A stretch of DNA of 64,000 nt from Chlorokybus atmophyticus (Eukaryota; Plantae; Mesostigma and Chlorokybus algae), in NCBI GenBank assembly GCA_009103225.1, contig RHPI01003330.1, forward strand, positions 586,730-650,729, written 5' to 3'. Of this stretch, positions 23,508 to 36,657 are shown piece by piece (positions within the stretch are counted from its first letter, which is position 1; each line of letters begins with the position of its first letter). The position numbers were made by a program, and so were the translations under genes. The notes under the pieces were generated by a model. The model saw nothing but the letters and a program-made list of their open reading frames with translations. It ran no database searches and had not been told where the DNA came from.

Positions 23508-23991
23508 CAGTCTGCCTCCGCTAAGAGACTTCGCTCCAAGAGGATAACCCCGCTAACATCATAGAAAATGAAAATACCAAACGGAATACAGGCAATAAGT
23601 GCATAAGAGAGTATGCCGAACAGCAAAGAGCATAAATATTTTTCATGTAAGTTTCGCATGTTTTGATCAGCGATATTCCAAGGTCGGGGGAGTAGCGCAT
23701 GACGGGTGTGACACAAGGCGTGATGGGTAAGGTGTGACGCGTGACTAGCGAGTTGAGCGTAATTGCATAATGGACGTGGCGTGATGCTCGTGACGTAATG
23801 GGCGTGATGAAACCGCATTTATAGAGCATATATATGCTCTTGATGTTCAAGAGCATGATATGCTCTTAAAAAATCTAGCGGGTTCGGTGGCGTCTAAGAG
23901 CACATCATGCTCTTAGACGCCAAGAGCATAACCCCGCCAAGAGCATACGTTCTTGGAGGATAAACAGTATGCTCTTGAAGGGGGTAGACTG
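23508..23991. mobile_element. Non-autonomous DNA transposon (MITE), Tc1/mariner-pogo-like, 484 bp
   Basis: Left end CAGTCTGCCTCCGCTAAGAG versus reverse complement of right end CAGTCTACCCCCTTCAAGAG (15/20 identical). TA lies on both flanks (23506-23507, 23992-23993). Eight exact AAGAGCAT/ATGCTCTT motifs lie inside. No transposase ORF. Confidence 0.8.
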
Positions 23992-24620
23992 TAAATTGTA
24001 ACACCAACTCAATCACTGTTGACAATCTGCGATTACATTTGATGTCGGAATGCTTCATGAACTTGCCGGTCAGGATCGGCAAAGCCTGCCACCCTCAATC
24101 CGGATCTGACGTCATGTCACTGGGACGTGGGCGTCAAAGTGCTGAATGTTGGCGGCAGCGGCGGCGCTAGCGTCGTCTGCGCTCACGAAAGCGTGCTGGT
24201 CGGAGCTCTGTTCTGTTTAGATTGATTGTTTTCCGTGAACAACCAGGATTTTGCCTGTTGTTTAAGTGCTGGGTCACACAGACCTCGCCCGGCCGAGGGC
24301 AAAGCAGCAAGAGGCCAGCACAGCGGTGAAGGACACCAGGATACACTCCGGACGGTAAGCCTGGATGAGTCGGCTGTGATGTCAGTACACTTATGGAGGA
24401 GCCCGGTTTAGACTGTGTGTAATGACATAATGACATAATCATCAGTTGGAATTCTCAGTACAGCATTGATTATTATCTTTGGTGTTGAGCTTGCTGGCTA
24501 TCGACCTTACCACCTGTTCTGCACGTTGCAAGCAGCGGTGGGCATGATCAGAGTTGAGCGTAGTTACTTGTTGGCAACTAAACTAGGAAGCCAGAGATTA
24601 TATTGCCAGCCATACAGCTA

Positions 24621-24690
24621 CCATGCATGGACGCATCCATGCATGGATGCATGCATGCATGGCTGCATGCATGCATGCATGCATGCAGCC
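24621..24690. repeat. (TGCA)n/RY palindromic tract
   Basis: 24661-24690 GGCTGCATGCATGCATGCATGCATGCAGCC is a perfect 30-bp palindrome, preceded by two CCATGCATGG palindromes. Confidence 0.85.
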
Positions 24691-24967
24691 CATCATCAAT
24701 TGACCAGCAAACGCCGCCGCTAAATAACGGATCACGCAGGTACACGCAGTGTGTTTCAGTATGCAACAAAGCTGTTGTGAGTCTTTCGTTGCATACTACA
24801 CCTTGTCCTGTGTGTAGCGGTATTCACAGCACTGCACTACTGGTACTCACTGCAACAGTCTGGTACACTCAACGCCACTGCAGTACAGTACAGTAGCTTT
24901 GCAACACAGCACAGTACGTGTTGCTCGCTGTTGTGGTAACTGATTCACGCTTATTTGTGTAACCAGC

Positions 24968-25771
24968 ATGCGGAAGAGACAGTCGAGAGCAGCGAGGCAG
25001 AGAGCACAGCATCAGGTGCTGGACAACGCCGATCTGCTGCGTGCAATCCTGAGCAATGTGACTCCACGCCACCGTGCACGCGCCAGCTGCGTGAGCCGAG
25101 TCTGGCGAGAAGCTGCTACAGAGGCCGAAGACGATTACTACCGTAGCCGATGGCCGCATGCACACGAGGCACTCAAGGATTATGTCAATGAGTGCCACAA
25201 GCTGCTGAACTCAGCTGCTGTTGTGGGGTCCTCACATGAAGAAGAAGATGCTCCCTCTTTCCTGGCCTTTTGCACGATCAGGCATGGCGACAGCAACCTG
25301 CTTGTACCAAAATCTGTTGATGACCGCACTGCACCCGCTGCTTGGCACCGCTATGGAGGCAACTACTACTTGTGTTTCTACAAGAAGGGTTCGCAGCATA
25401 TGCGCTTGCCGGCAACGGACCACTCGCTGCAGTCTTTTGTGCACGACGCGGTGTTCGACGTGTTCGTGTTTCGCCGGGTTGATGGCGAGCTGCTGCACAT
25501 AAAGACTCACTCTCATTGGAGCACCAAAGTGCTCGACAACATTGGGCTCGTCTTCACCGCACCTCGATTCAAGCCAGAAGGCAGCCGGTTCGAGTTTCTT
25601 GTTGGGTTGTTCTTCCTGGACTTTGGGCCAGGTTTGACACAAGATGAGTCGGGAGCCGCGAATAGTGTGGTGTTAGAGTCTGGAAGCTGGAAGCTGGTTG
25701 ATTCCGACCTCTTGACTATTGCCAAATGGGTCGAGGGGTGCTTGCCAGGGCAGGTTGCATTGTACGATTAG
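24968..25771 (+). CDS. F-box protein, single coding exon, 267 aa
   Basis: N-terminal F-box-like motif VLDNADLLRAILSNVTPRHRARASCVSRVWREAA in an uninterrupted ATG-to-TAG ORF. Confidence 0.8.
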   Translation: MRKRQSRAARQRAQHQVLDNADLLRAILSNVTPRHRARASCVSRVWREAATEAEDDYYRSRWPHAHEALKDYVNECHKLLNSAAVVGSSHEEEDAPSFLAFCTIRHGDSNLLVPKSVDDRTAPAAWHRYGGNYYLCFYKKGSQHMRLPATDHSLQSFVHDAVFDVFVFRRVDGELLHIKTHSHWSTKVLDNIGLVFTAPRFKPEGSRFEFLVGLFFLDFGPGLTQDESGAANSVVLESGSWKLVDSDLLTIAKWVEGCLPGQVALYD

Positions 25772-26285
25772 CTGCACGATGTTGTTAGCGCTTGTGAAGG
25801 ACGTTGAAGTGTTGGTGGTAAGTATCAACTTGGTTCCTAGATAGAAAGACACTGATTGTATCATAGCCTTTCGTGCTTTCGTTGTCGTGTTATGCAGTTA
25901 TTTCATGCGTGTGGTTGCAAAATGCTGTTGAATTCAATATGGTTGCATAGCCCTTCGTCGTGCCGACAAGACTGCCCTCGGCTGCATATCACATAGCATG
26001 CCAGATCATAATACTCGAGTTTTGTGTGCCTCATAGCCTTTTTACTAGCCGCTTGCCAGCTGCAGGCTCACGCTGGGGAAGCGCGTTGTCGATCGCCTAT
26101 GCGTATCTAGCTCAATGGGCTATGATAGTCAGCACCATAATACAAGTTTGACTGCGTGAACAGCTGCTCACAGCTGTGCTGCGGACCTCTCCCTGTGCAT
26201 GATGGCTATGCCGTTACGCATTCCACCTGCCCGTCCCTCCAAAGCTGCCCCAAGTACCTGCGCATTCCAGGGGGAGGTCTGCTGT

Positions 26286-27107
26286 TCAATGGGGGCACAC
26301 GTGGATTGCATGAGCGCGACGCACATGCTTTGCAAATATATTACACCTTGTAGAGCAAGTATACAAAAGGAGTATGCTGCTGTGTGTATGTGGAGGGACA
26401 CTTTTCTTCACACAAATGCACTTGAGTTGGGTCGCACCCGGCACAATCAGCGGGTGAATGGCCCACGACATGGACACCACCCAACTTTCGTGCACTTCGG
26501 TTGCCAACGCATTGTATTCTTCTTCAATTCTTGCTGCAACACGCGCCAGTGTGCCGTCCTCCCTCCTCAGCACTGAACAACTCAACCATGGTCTCGCGCA
26601 TAAAGGCTTGCAGCACGGCCCTCGTGGGACGACTAGAATGCCTCTCTTGCAGTACTTCACTGGTTTGTGCGTAGCCAGGCAACACCCATCTTCCCAATAA
26701 CTCCTTCTCATCTGCCTTGCAACATCCTGCGCGGATGGCGCAAGGAGGAGCTGGTTGTTGTTGTTGTTGTTGTTGTTGTTGAGGCGTAGCGTCCAGAACA
26801 GCATGCATCTCCCTGTGTGCAAATGGCGCTGAAGGCTGCTTAATAGCGTGTAGCATTCGTGCACGCACTCTAACAGCCCTTCCCGCTTAGGTCAATCCCG
26901 CTAAATCTGCGTGGCTTCGACTTCAACAGCTGTTTGGCTCCATGCCTTGTTCACGCAGCGTGCAACTGCCAAGTCTTTCGGGCTCAGTAAGCTGAAGAAG
27001 GCACGCAACAGGTCCATGTTGTCCAACACTCGAGCCTGGCAGCTTTCGTTCTTGATGTTGACAAAGGCTTCCCAAACGGCATACCTTGCGGCGCTGTGGA
27101 TCTGCAT
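26286..27107 (-). pseudogene. F-box paralogue with two in-frame stop codons
   Basis: F-box VLDNMDLLRAFFSLLSPKDLAVARCVNKAWSQTA, then TAG (26901-26903) and TGA (26892-26894) in the same frame. The frame continues VHECYTLLSS...SVLRREDGTLARV, homologous to VNECHKLLNS...FVFRRVDGELLHI of the neighbour. Confidence 0.7.
26754..26780 (-). repeat. (AAC)9 microsatellite (poly-Asn) inside the F-box pseudogene
   Basis: (GTT)9 on the + strand, read as N9 in the pseudogene frame. Confidence 0.9.
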
Positions 27108-28662
27108 TGCTGCCGCGTACAGCTGCTGCGCATCAACTTGATACAAATGTATACCATAGCTACTGTAAAGGACAGTCACACATGCATGTGGTGTGGAGTT
27201 GCATGCGCCTGCGCGCAAGCGCACGTGTGCAACATGCCGCCTTCAGCTGCCACGCACATGATACTAATGATAAAACCCAAAACCTTGAACTGCACACACA
27301 CGCATGTTGCATACGTGCGCGTGCGGGTGCGTATGTGTGTGTGCTCGTGCCCGTGTGGTCTGAACGACCATATTTGCTCACATGTGCTGCTGTCACACTA
27401 CCAACTTGTACACAATCACCATCGCTCATGGCAGTCATCAGCGGCCGGTACTTTAACTTGCAGTGCTCCGTTCAAATCACATTGTCTAACTAACTAAAAA
27501 ACGATTACTGTTATTGTATGCGACAGCTGCGTCAAAATGCAAGCACACCAGTAGTTCTAACACCTTGTACAATTTTGACAACCACACCACACCACACCAC
27601 ACGTTGAGCATCTGGCACTGAGCTTGGGCTGCAACTACTGCCATCCACCCAGTAGTGCTATGCACATATACGCGTGCTTGGTGTTGTCAGACCAGATATT
27701 GCACTAAGCCAGGCTTAAAGCGTTAATGCGTGCCTACCTGACGGTCTTTGCCAAGCCGTGCATAGCACCACGCACACAGGCGCGGCCACGCTTACAGGCA
27801 GGCAGACGGACAGGCGAAGCCTAACCAACAACAACTAGCAAGGCTGGCCCACTGCCGGTTATGTGAGAGTGCCGCCCTGTGTACCGCAGACAGCTCGCCA
27901 GTGCAGTGAAGCCTCCCAGCCTCCCAGCCTCCCACGTCCGACCAGGCTTTGCCCCCCCAACAGCGCCCCCCTCTCTTCCCCATCACACACACGTACGCCG
28001 CCGCCAGCGTCACCGACGCCTAACTCGCACACATGCATGGCAAGACGCACCGCTTCAGTGTACAGTGTCAGCTTTGAAGCAGGGATGAAGCCTGTGTCCC
28101 TGGTGTTCTAACTTGTAAGAAAACAGTTGACAGGAACAGACGTAAGCACCACTTCGTGTGGGCAGTTGCTTGCAGTGTCACTCAAGGCCAGCTGCATATG
28201 CCTCTCTGCTTGCTGACTGCTTGGTAATGGCTAGTTTGTGTATGGCACGTTGTGTTGTGGTGTTGGGGAAGACTCATCGTGCCTGCACAGAGGGAACTGT
28301 ACAAGCTTGCTGCTTGTCCTGGAAACAAGGTACACATCAGCTCCAAGCATGTTTGCGGCAGCCTGCAAGCTATGAAGCACACGGCTCCCCAAACACAGCT
28401 GCAAGGGCAACTAGTACGTTAATCAGCCAGCGCGCGCGTATGCATGCGTGTGCGCATGTGAATGCCTGCGTGCGTGTGTGAACGTGCTTTGCATGCATCT
28501 GTGTGCGCACTCAGTGGGTTGCATGCAAGCTTGCATGCATCCGTGCATGCGCGTGCGTATGCGCGTATGCATACGCGGATGCATGCACATGTGTGTGAAA
28601 TCAGGTCACACAGCTGAATAAGGTGGCTGCAGCAAGGTTACGTGTGTGATGTGATCACGGCG

Positions 28663-29520
28663 ATGGGGACGAGGATGGTAAGCATCGGGCTGCTTGTCCC
28701 GGGAAGCTGGAGGAGCGCAATCTCCCTGCAGCGCGAGCGCGTGTTGGCGTACCTTCTCGATCACCTCCACGCCTTCCACAGCTGCCAGCTTCAGCAACAA
28801 GTTGGCTTTTGCAACAACACCAACACCAAAGCTCACACCGCAGCGGCTTCGCAACAACCAACCCACTACGCGACCTTGTGTTGCCTTGTATGCTGCAGTC
28901 ATGTTGTTGTTGCGGAGTCTTACTGTTGTGTGCTCTTGGGCAGTGTTGGACATAAGTTGCGTCTTATGTAGCTATACGAGTAAGTAAAGGCCAGGCGAAT
29001 GCACTGTCTTTGGCTGCTGGCGCCAGCGCAGGAAGACAGCAAGAACAGTGTTACCAGCAGCCATGTAGGTGGCAGTCTATACAGGCCTATGCGCAAACCT
29101 CCACAAGACAAACTGCACAATGCACAGCGCCGGTGACTGGGTCGATGTGTACATGTGTGGGCGCACAAGTGTGTGAGAATGCGCATGTTCGCACCACGTG
29201 TGCGTGCGCACATATGCGTGCATGCAGGCACGCATCTGCAAGTTGCGTGCGCGCGCGCATGTGTCTGTGCATCTATGCACGCACGTGTGTGCATCATGGG
29301 AATTCACTTGTCACAAACCAATCACAAATGGGGGCCTCACAAGGCTTGCAAGCAATTGTACGCAACTCAGTAGTATCATCATGCGCCAGATTTTGCGAAG
29401 TTGTTAATGGGGACCATCAAGGAGGAGGTGAGGTCATGGGTCCGGCGCATGCAGATGCTACCGGTCTTGCCCAAGGCGAAGGAGGCCTGTTTGAAGCAGT
29501 CCCATGGGAGGCTTAGTTAC
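28663..29520 (+). CDS. Hypothetical spliced gene (tentative, 3' extent unknown)
   Basis: ATG 28663, a convincing intron GTAAGC...CCCTGCAG (28678-28731), then exon RERVLAYLLDHLHAFHSCQLQQQ. A further exon-like piece reads DFAKLLMGTIKEE|GTGAG near 29400. No family recognised. Confidence 0.25.
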
Positions 29521-30808
29521 AATGCAAGGGCACATGCACAAGCAAGGACAATGGCAAGACTGGCAATAGTATGCATGTTTCATATGGCGTGGGATGTAAA
29601 TGAGCAGCTGAAGCACACATGCGCTAGGTTTATGCACGTATGCAATTGTAATTGGCAGGCATGCAAGTCATAAGTGCGGCATACAAGAATAGGGGTAGGG
29701 GTAGTTGGTAGATAGCATGCAAGCGCATGCCTTGGCCCGGTGGTCAAATTGGTGAGTGGTTGTAGTGTTGGTATTGCATGTGCATGTGTGAGTTCCGCCT
29801 TTCATCTTTTTTACAATGTCAATGCACCTCTTGCACTATCGCCAATGCATGACCTCAATGTAACTTGATGCAGCAGTATTAAAGCATGGGAAGTGAAGCT
29901 CTCATGAGTGTGATGCTTTTATAATTTGCCTGAGTGCTATGATGTCAATCAACATTGCAATGCACAGGTGCACACAAGGTTTTTCAACTTCTAATGTTAA
30001 TGCTTTCCATGTACAATCGTCAATCTCATGCAAGCAATAAAAAATCCAAGAAGCCACAAGCTACATTGTACACGTTGACTATTATGATTTATCCTTCTAC
30101 ACGAATATACATGCGTGTTGCATAGTATTATTACCGACACTTTTGTTGCCAAGTAGCGACTGTATTGCCTAATACTAGTAGCGATTGTGATGCCAAGTAG
30201 TCATGGCACTTACGAGGGCATTAATACTCACTCATAATCATTGATAAGAGTAAGCCACCACCACAGGAAAAGTGAATAGTGCATACATCATAACTGATAA
30301 TGTTTGTAGATTGATGTTCTGCAAACGAATATGCCAATGTTTAACGTACAACGAAAGGCTACCAACACTTGCTTATTGCAATACAACTTCACCGATGTGA
30401 AACGACATAATTATTGGTACTACAACTAGTGAGCTCATTGCAATTTGGTAACTTCAGCTCGTTATCGTGTAATAAGATAGTGAGATGCAAATTACGTATA
30501 CAACTTATGCATCAATGTAACCTCTGTCCAACAACTCTGTAACGGTTGTGTTCGCCTTTGTACACAACCAGGCTTCCACCTCACACTAGCAATTTTCTAA
30601 TATAAGGTTGGTTTCACATGCCTCAGCCTTCATAATCTTGACCTCAACTCAAGAGTCCTGGCCCCCTCCTTGGGTCTGACTGAGTCGTTTAACAATCTGA
30701 ATGTTCACAATTTCCGAGACTCAGAATCTGAGAGTTCAGGAGTGGCAATCATCATGCCAACAACCACGGCCAAACAGCCGTTTGCGTATTGCCAGTGACT
30801 TAGCTTGC

Positions 30809-30809
30809 A

Positions 30810-30841
<32 letters not shown>

Positions 30842-30849
30842 AGGAGGAG
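30809..30849 (+). repeat. (GGC)n/(GGA)n trinucleotide tract upstream of SDH5
   Basis: About ten GGC units followed by GAGGAGGAG, seen directly. Confidence 0.85.
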
Positions 30850-31602
30850 ACGCAGTTAGCGAGTGCAAAGCTATATATGTCCTTGCGACTTGCTCAAGAC
30901 AGCGTTTGACGCGGTTGGAAGCAGGTTAGTCCGTTGAATGAATTTGTGGCATTAGTGCTGCGTCACATGACTCAAATCACAGCTCAACTGACGGCAATGC
31001 CTTGTGTGCTAGCGCATGAGCATGCTCATTGCACAACTAGCAATCGACAATAGAAGTTTTGCATTCTTAACGCAGTTGCCCATCCACGCTGCCTGCCTTT
31101 GGTTGCCGAGCTGGTGAGTTCTATGGTGCAGTGTTAGCGGCTTTCTTGAGGGCAACCGACGGACTGACTGGTTGTAAGAGTGTATGCCTTCAGTAGTGTG
31201 TCCCTTCACTGTTCCTGTCAACAGGCAGTGCAAAGCTTGAAACAGTACCCGCTTTGTGGTAGGTTGAGCATGTGCATACACACAGCGAGTGCACGACTGT
31301 TATGCCAAATGCTGTGCAGTCGCACTTGTTTCATTGGACGCCAACAACACATGCATGGGCCTTATCAAACTAATAACTTGCACAAATTATTTACACTCCT
31401 ATCTGATGACTCGATTGGCGCTCCGCATGCTTGCAAGACAAGTTCTCCTCCGATGCTTGTGGACCCATTGTAGTACATGTACATCAACTTACTAAGATGC
31501 GAATGAAAGAAATGTCCGTCGTACTAGTGGCTGGACTACGTACTACCCTTGCCTTGCACTGGTGGTTATGCTGTGTATGTTTCTGCCAGGTTGCTTGCAG
31601 GC

Positions 31603-32965
31603 ATGGCGGGTGCTTTGCGTGTGCTTGCACAGCGGGTGGCCGGCAGCGCTCGTGGCACTGTGGCCCAACCACAACAATACCAACATTATCGTACCGCCAT
31701 CCTCACGTACATTTCCCAGACAACGCCCAAAGCATACTTCTCAACAAGTAGGTGACAACACGACACATGACAGTCCAGCTCTGTATTTGACATTCCTGCA
31801 GTTGGTTGCAAGTTGGAACTGACCAGCACAATCGTATGAGCATGCGTTGAGTCTATGCACATACATGCTATTATATGTGCACATGTGCACATGTGTGCGA
31901 TGTATGTAACTGCCACTCATCTCAGGTTGGTCATGTTATGCGTGTGCAAAGTTTTCGTAAGACCTGTATGTGTTGTTTACGTGTTTCATGTGTAGAACAC
32001 AAGCATCTGCACATGATGGGTATGTGATATGCATGCTTGTGCAGCTTTGTTGAAGATGTTGTCGTCTGCATGACAGAGACGCCAACGGACAGAGTCTCTC
32101 GCGCGCTGGGCAACTTGTACGCAACAGACTGGACTCCGTCGCTGTTTGATGGGACGATCGCGGAGGTGAAGTCCGTGCTTGCGAAGGGAGCGGAGCCCGG
32201 CACGGAGGCCAAGTTCGCGGAGCTCGAGAACGCGTTCGCTGCCGCCGAGGCCGTCGAGCGCTTCGGCGAGCGCGTGCAGCTACTGCGCCAGTACGTCGAT
32301 GACTTTACGGTAGGTGGGGAGTCAGTTGGTCCAGCGCATGTGTTGGTGGAAGAACGCTGCCACTTCAGTCAGTGCCACACTCAAGCATGCACACAGGCCC
32401 GCGTGCATGCACGCTCTGCTATGATGACTTTTGGCTCAGCATTTAAGACTGCTTCAATCAGGGTTTGTCGTTCAATTGCTCTCCTCTCGTACTTGCACCG
32501 GTGCGTCCTGACCCAATGGTTGCAAATAGAAGGATGATTGATGTGTCAAGGTGTTGTTTTTGCTAAATTGGCAATTCTCGCAAACAGGATGGGCAGAAGG
32601 TGCCGGACGATGTGAAGTCGGCCACACAAGACGTGTTGCAGCGGTACAACAAGTACATCTCCTCGTTCGATCCGGAGCGCGAGAAGGCTATCCGCAAGAA
32701 GGTTGAGACCAACCTTGGCGCTGCGGTTCTCCAGCTCAGGCAGCGGATAGCTGGGCTCGGGGCCGATTGGGGCAAGGTGAGAACAAGCAAGCGGTCACAT
32801 GTTGTTTGGCTGCCACCCAGACCTAATGTTACAACCACAATCAAATTTGTTGAGAAGTGCGAGTGCGATGCAATGCAACTTGCATATCTGACGAATATTT
32901 GCTGGCAGATAAGCGTGCTGTGTACGAGCGGCATGGCGGGTTCATACATTGAGAGTCGCGTGTGA
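31603..32965 (+). CDS. SDH5: Plant-type succinate dehydrogenase subunit 5 (complex II accessory subunit), mitochondrial
   Basis: Presequence MAGALRVLAQRVAGSARG, then ALGNLYATDW...ENAFAAAEAVERFG and QDVLQRYNKYISSFDPEREKAIRKKVETNLGAAVLQLRQRIAGLGADWGK|ISVLCTSGMAGSYIESRV*. Matches Arabidopsis SDH5 as recalled (FRAAEAVEEFGG...YQRYAEYLDSFEPEE...KKKVEMELG...GLGSEWGKVTVLGTSGLSGSYVEQRA*). Confidence 0.88.
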
Positions 32966-33138
32966 GCCTTGTAACATTGCTTGCTCTATCTGTTGGTTGT
33001 ATTGTAGTTGTAAGTTTGTTGGTGTACTATTTGTGAAATAATGTGCAAAATGCTGTGCTGTCAGTGAATGTCGCTGGATCCAAACACCGACAAGCATAGC
33101 ATGCTTGATTGTTGTGTTCTTCCCCCCCGCCCCCCCCC

Positions 33139-33330
33139 TTGCTCACATGTGCTGCTGTCACACTACCAACTTGTACACAATCACCATCGCTCATGGCAGT
33201 CATCAGCGGCCGGTACTTTAACTTGCAGTGCTCCGTTCAAATCACATTGTCTAACTAACTAAAAAACGATTACTGTTATTGTATGCGACAGCTGCGTCAA
33301 AATGCAAGCACACCAGTAGTTCTAACACCT
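33139..33330 (+). repeat. Exact 192-bp copy of 27374-27565 at a contig end (probable mate-pair chimera)
   Basis: TTGCTCACATGTGCTG...TTCTAACACCT is identical at both sites (offset 5765 bp). It follows a C-run and ends at the single N at 33331. Confidence 0.9.
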
Positions 33331-34253
33331 NGCAGTGTTTTGTACCAGCGATCCCAGTGGGGGGAATAGATCCATCGTAGCAGATGGCATTTCATTCACT
33401 GCACCCACGCACACGACTGCGTGTGGTACAAAGAGGTTGTTGAGCCCGGTGATCGTGCGTGCATTGGCATTGGGTAAATGTCTATAATGTATAGTAAGGT
33501 GGCGCGGAAGGCATGTTGAACGCATGCAAAGCACCTTGCATAGGGTATAGATCCGGGTCAATAATGCACAGTCGTGCACACACACCGCCTGACACCTTGC
33601 AACCAATGTAGCATACTACGTCTTACACATTCGTGCACAAGCATAAGCAGCAAGCACAAAGCAGGAAACGGACAAGGCAGGAGCAGGCAGCAAATACACC
33701 AGGGGCTTAGATTAGATGCACTACGTGCAAATGCAAGGCGGGGCAGTGGGCATGAGCAGGCAGGGAGCATAACCAACCTGTTGCACACAGCCTGTTGCAT
33801 GCCGCAATCACTGCAATGCATGTACCTTACACATGCATGCGGTTATTCTTCAAGCGGTAATGCCACCCAATTCCATGCTGGATAGCTTGCACCAGAAGGG
33901 CACAACCAATGCATGGTCATTAGCATGCATCAACAGCCACCTGACAAGATGTCCACTCTGTACGTTGAATTATGTTCAAGCATAGGCTACCGGATGGCGC
34001 TACTGTGCTGTGCAGGCGGTGCTGGTGGTCAACTGGCCAACACAGCACACCGCGCCTGCATAAATGTGTGCATGGCCTGTGCGCTTCGATACCTATACAC
34101 CTGTATGAATACACAAACACCGCAACTTTGCAACTAGTGTCTGGTACTACATCACGGAAGCGCTGTCTCACGAAGGAAGGGGAGCCGTTGGGGAGCAGAG
34201 GCTGGGCTTTGGCCGTGAATGTAACTGAAGATGATGAATAGCAGCTGCTCAAA

Positions 34254-36404
<2,151 letters not shown>

Positions 36405-36649
36405 GCCGTCGCCGCCCGTCAAGACCTCCTTTGCCTACCGCGTAGCGACCGTCCCCTGCTGACCAGCCTTACCCTGAACTGACCCCACAGCGGGTCCGCC
36501 CCGCAGCAAACAAATTACCAAAACTCTCCTCTCCCTTGCCAATTCCTCCCTATACACGCCCGACGCTCTCCCACCGCCTGCGACCCCGCCGCCGCCAGCC
36601 ACGCCGCCAACAACGGCAACGTCTACAGCCGTAACCGCTTCTGGCCTCA

Positions 36650-36657
36650 AAACCCTA
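36650..36657 (+). promoter_or_regulatory. Telo-box (AAACCCTA) about 250 bp upstream of PP2A
   Basis: Consensus match in the GC-rich 5' region of PP2A. Confidence 0.4.

Noticed and set aside
26892-26903. Stop-codon reassignment or selenocysteine/pyrrolysine readthrough in the F-box paralogue
   Set aside because: TAG, TGA and TAA all serve as normal terminators in conserved genes of this window. The two stops are single-base neighbours of Tyr and Trp codons, as expected for pseudogenisation.
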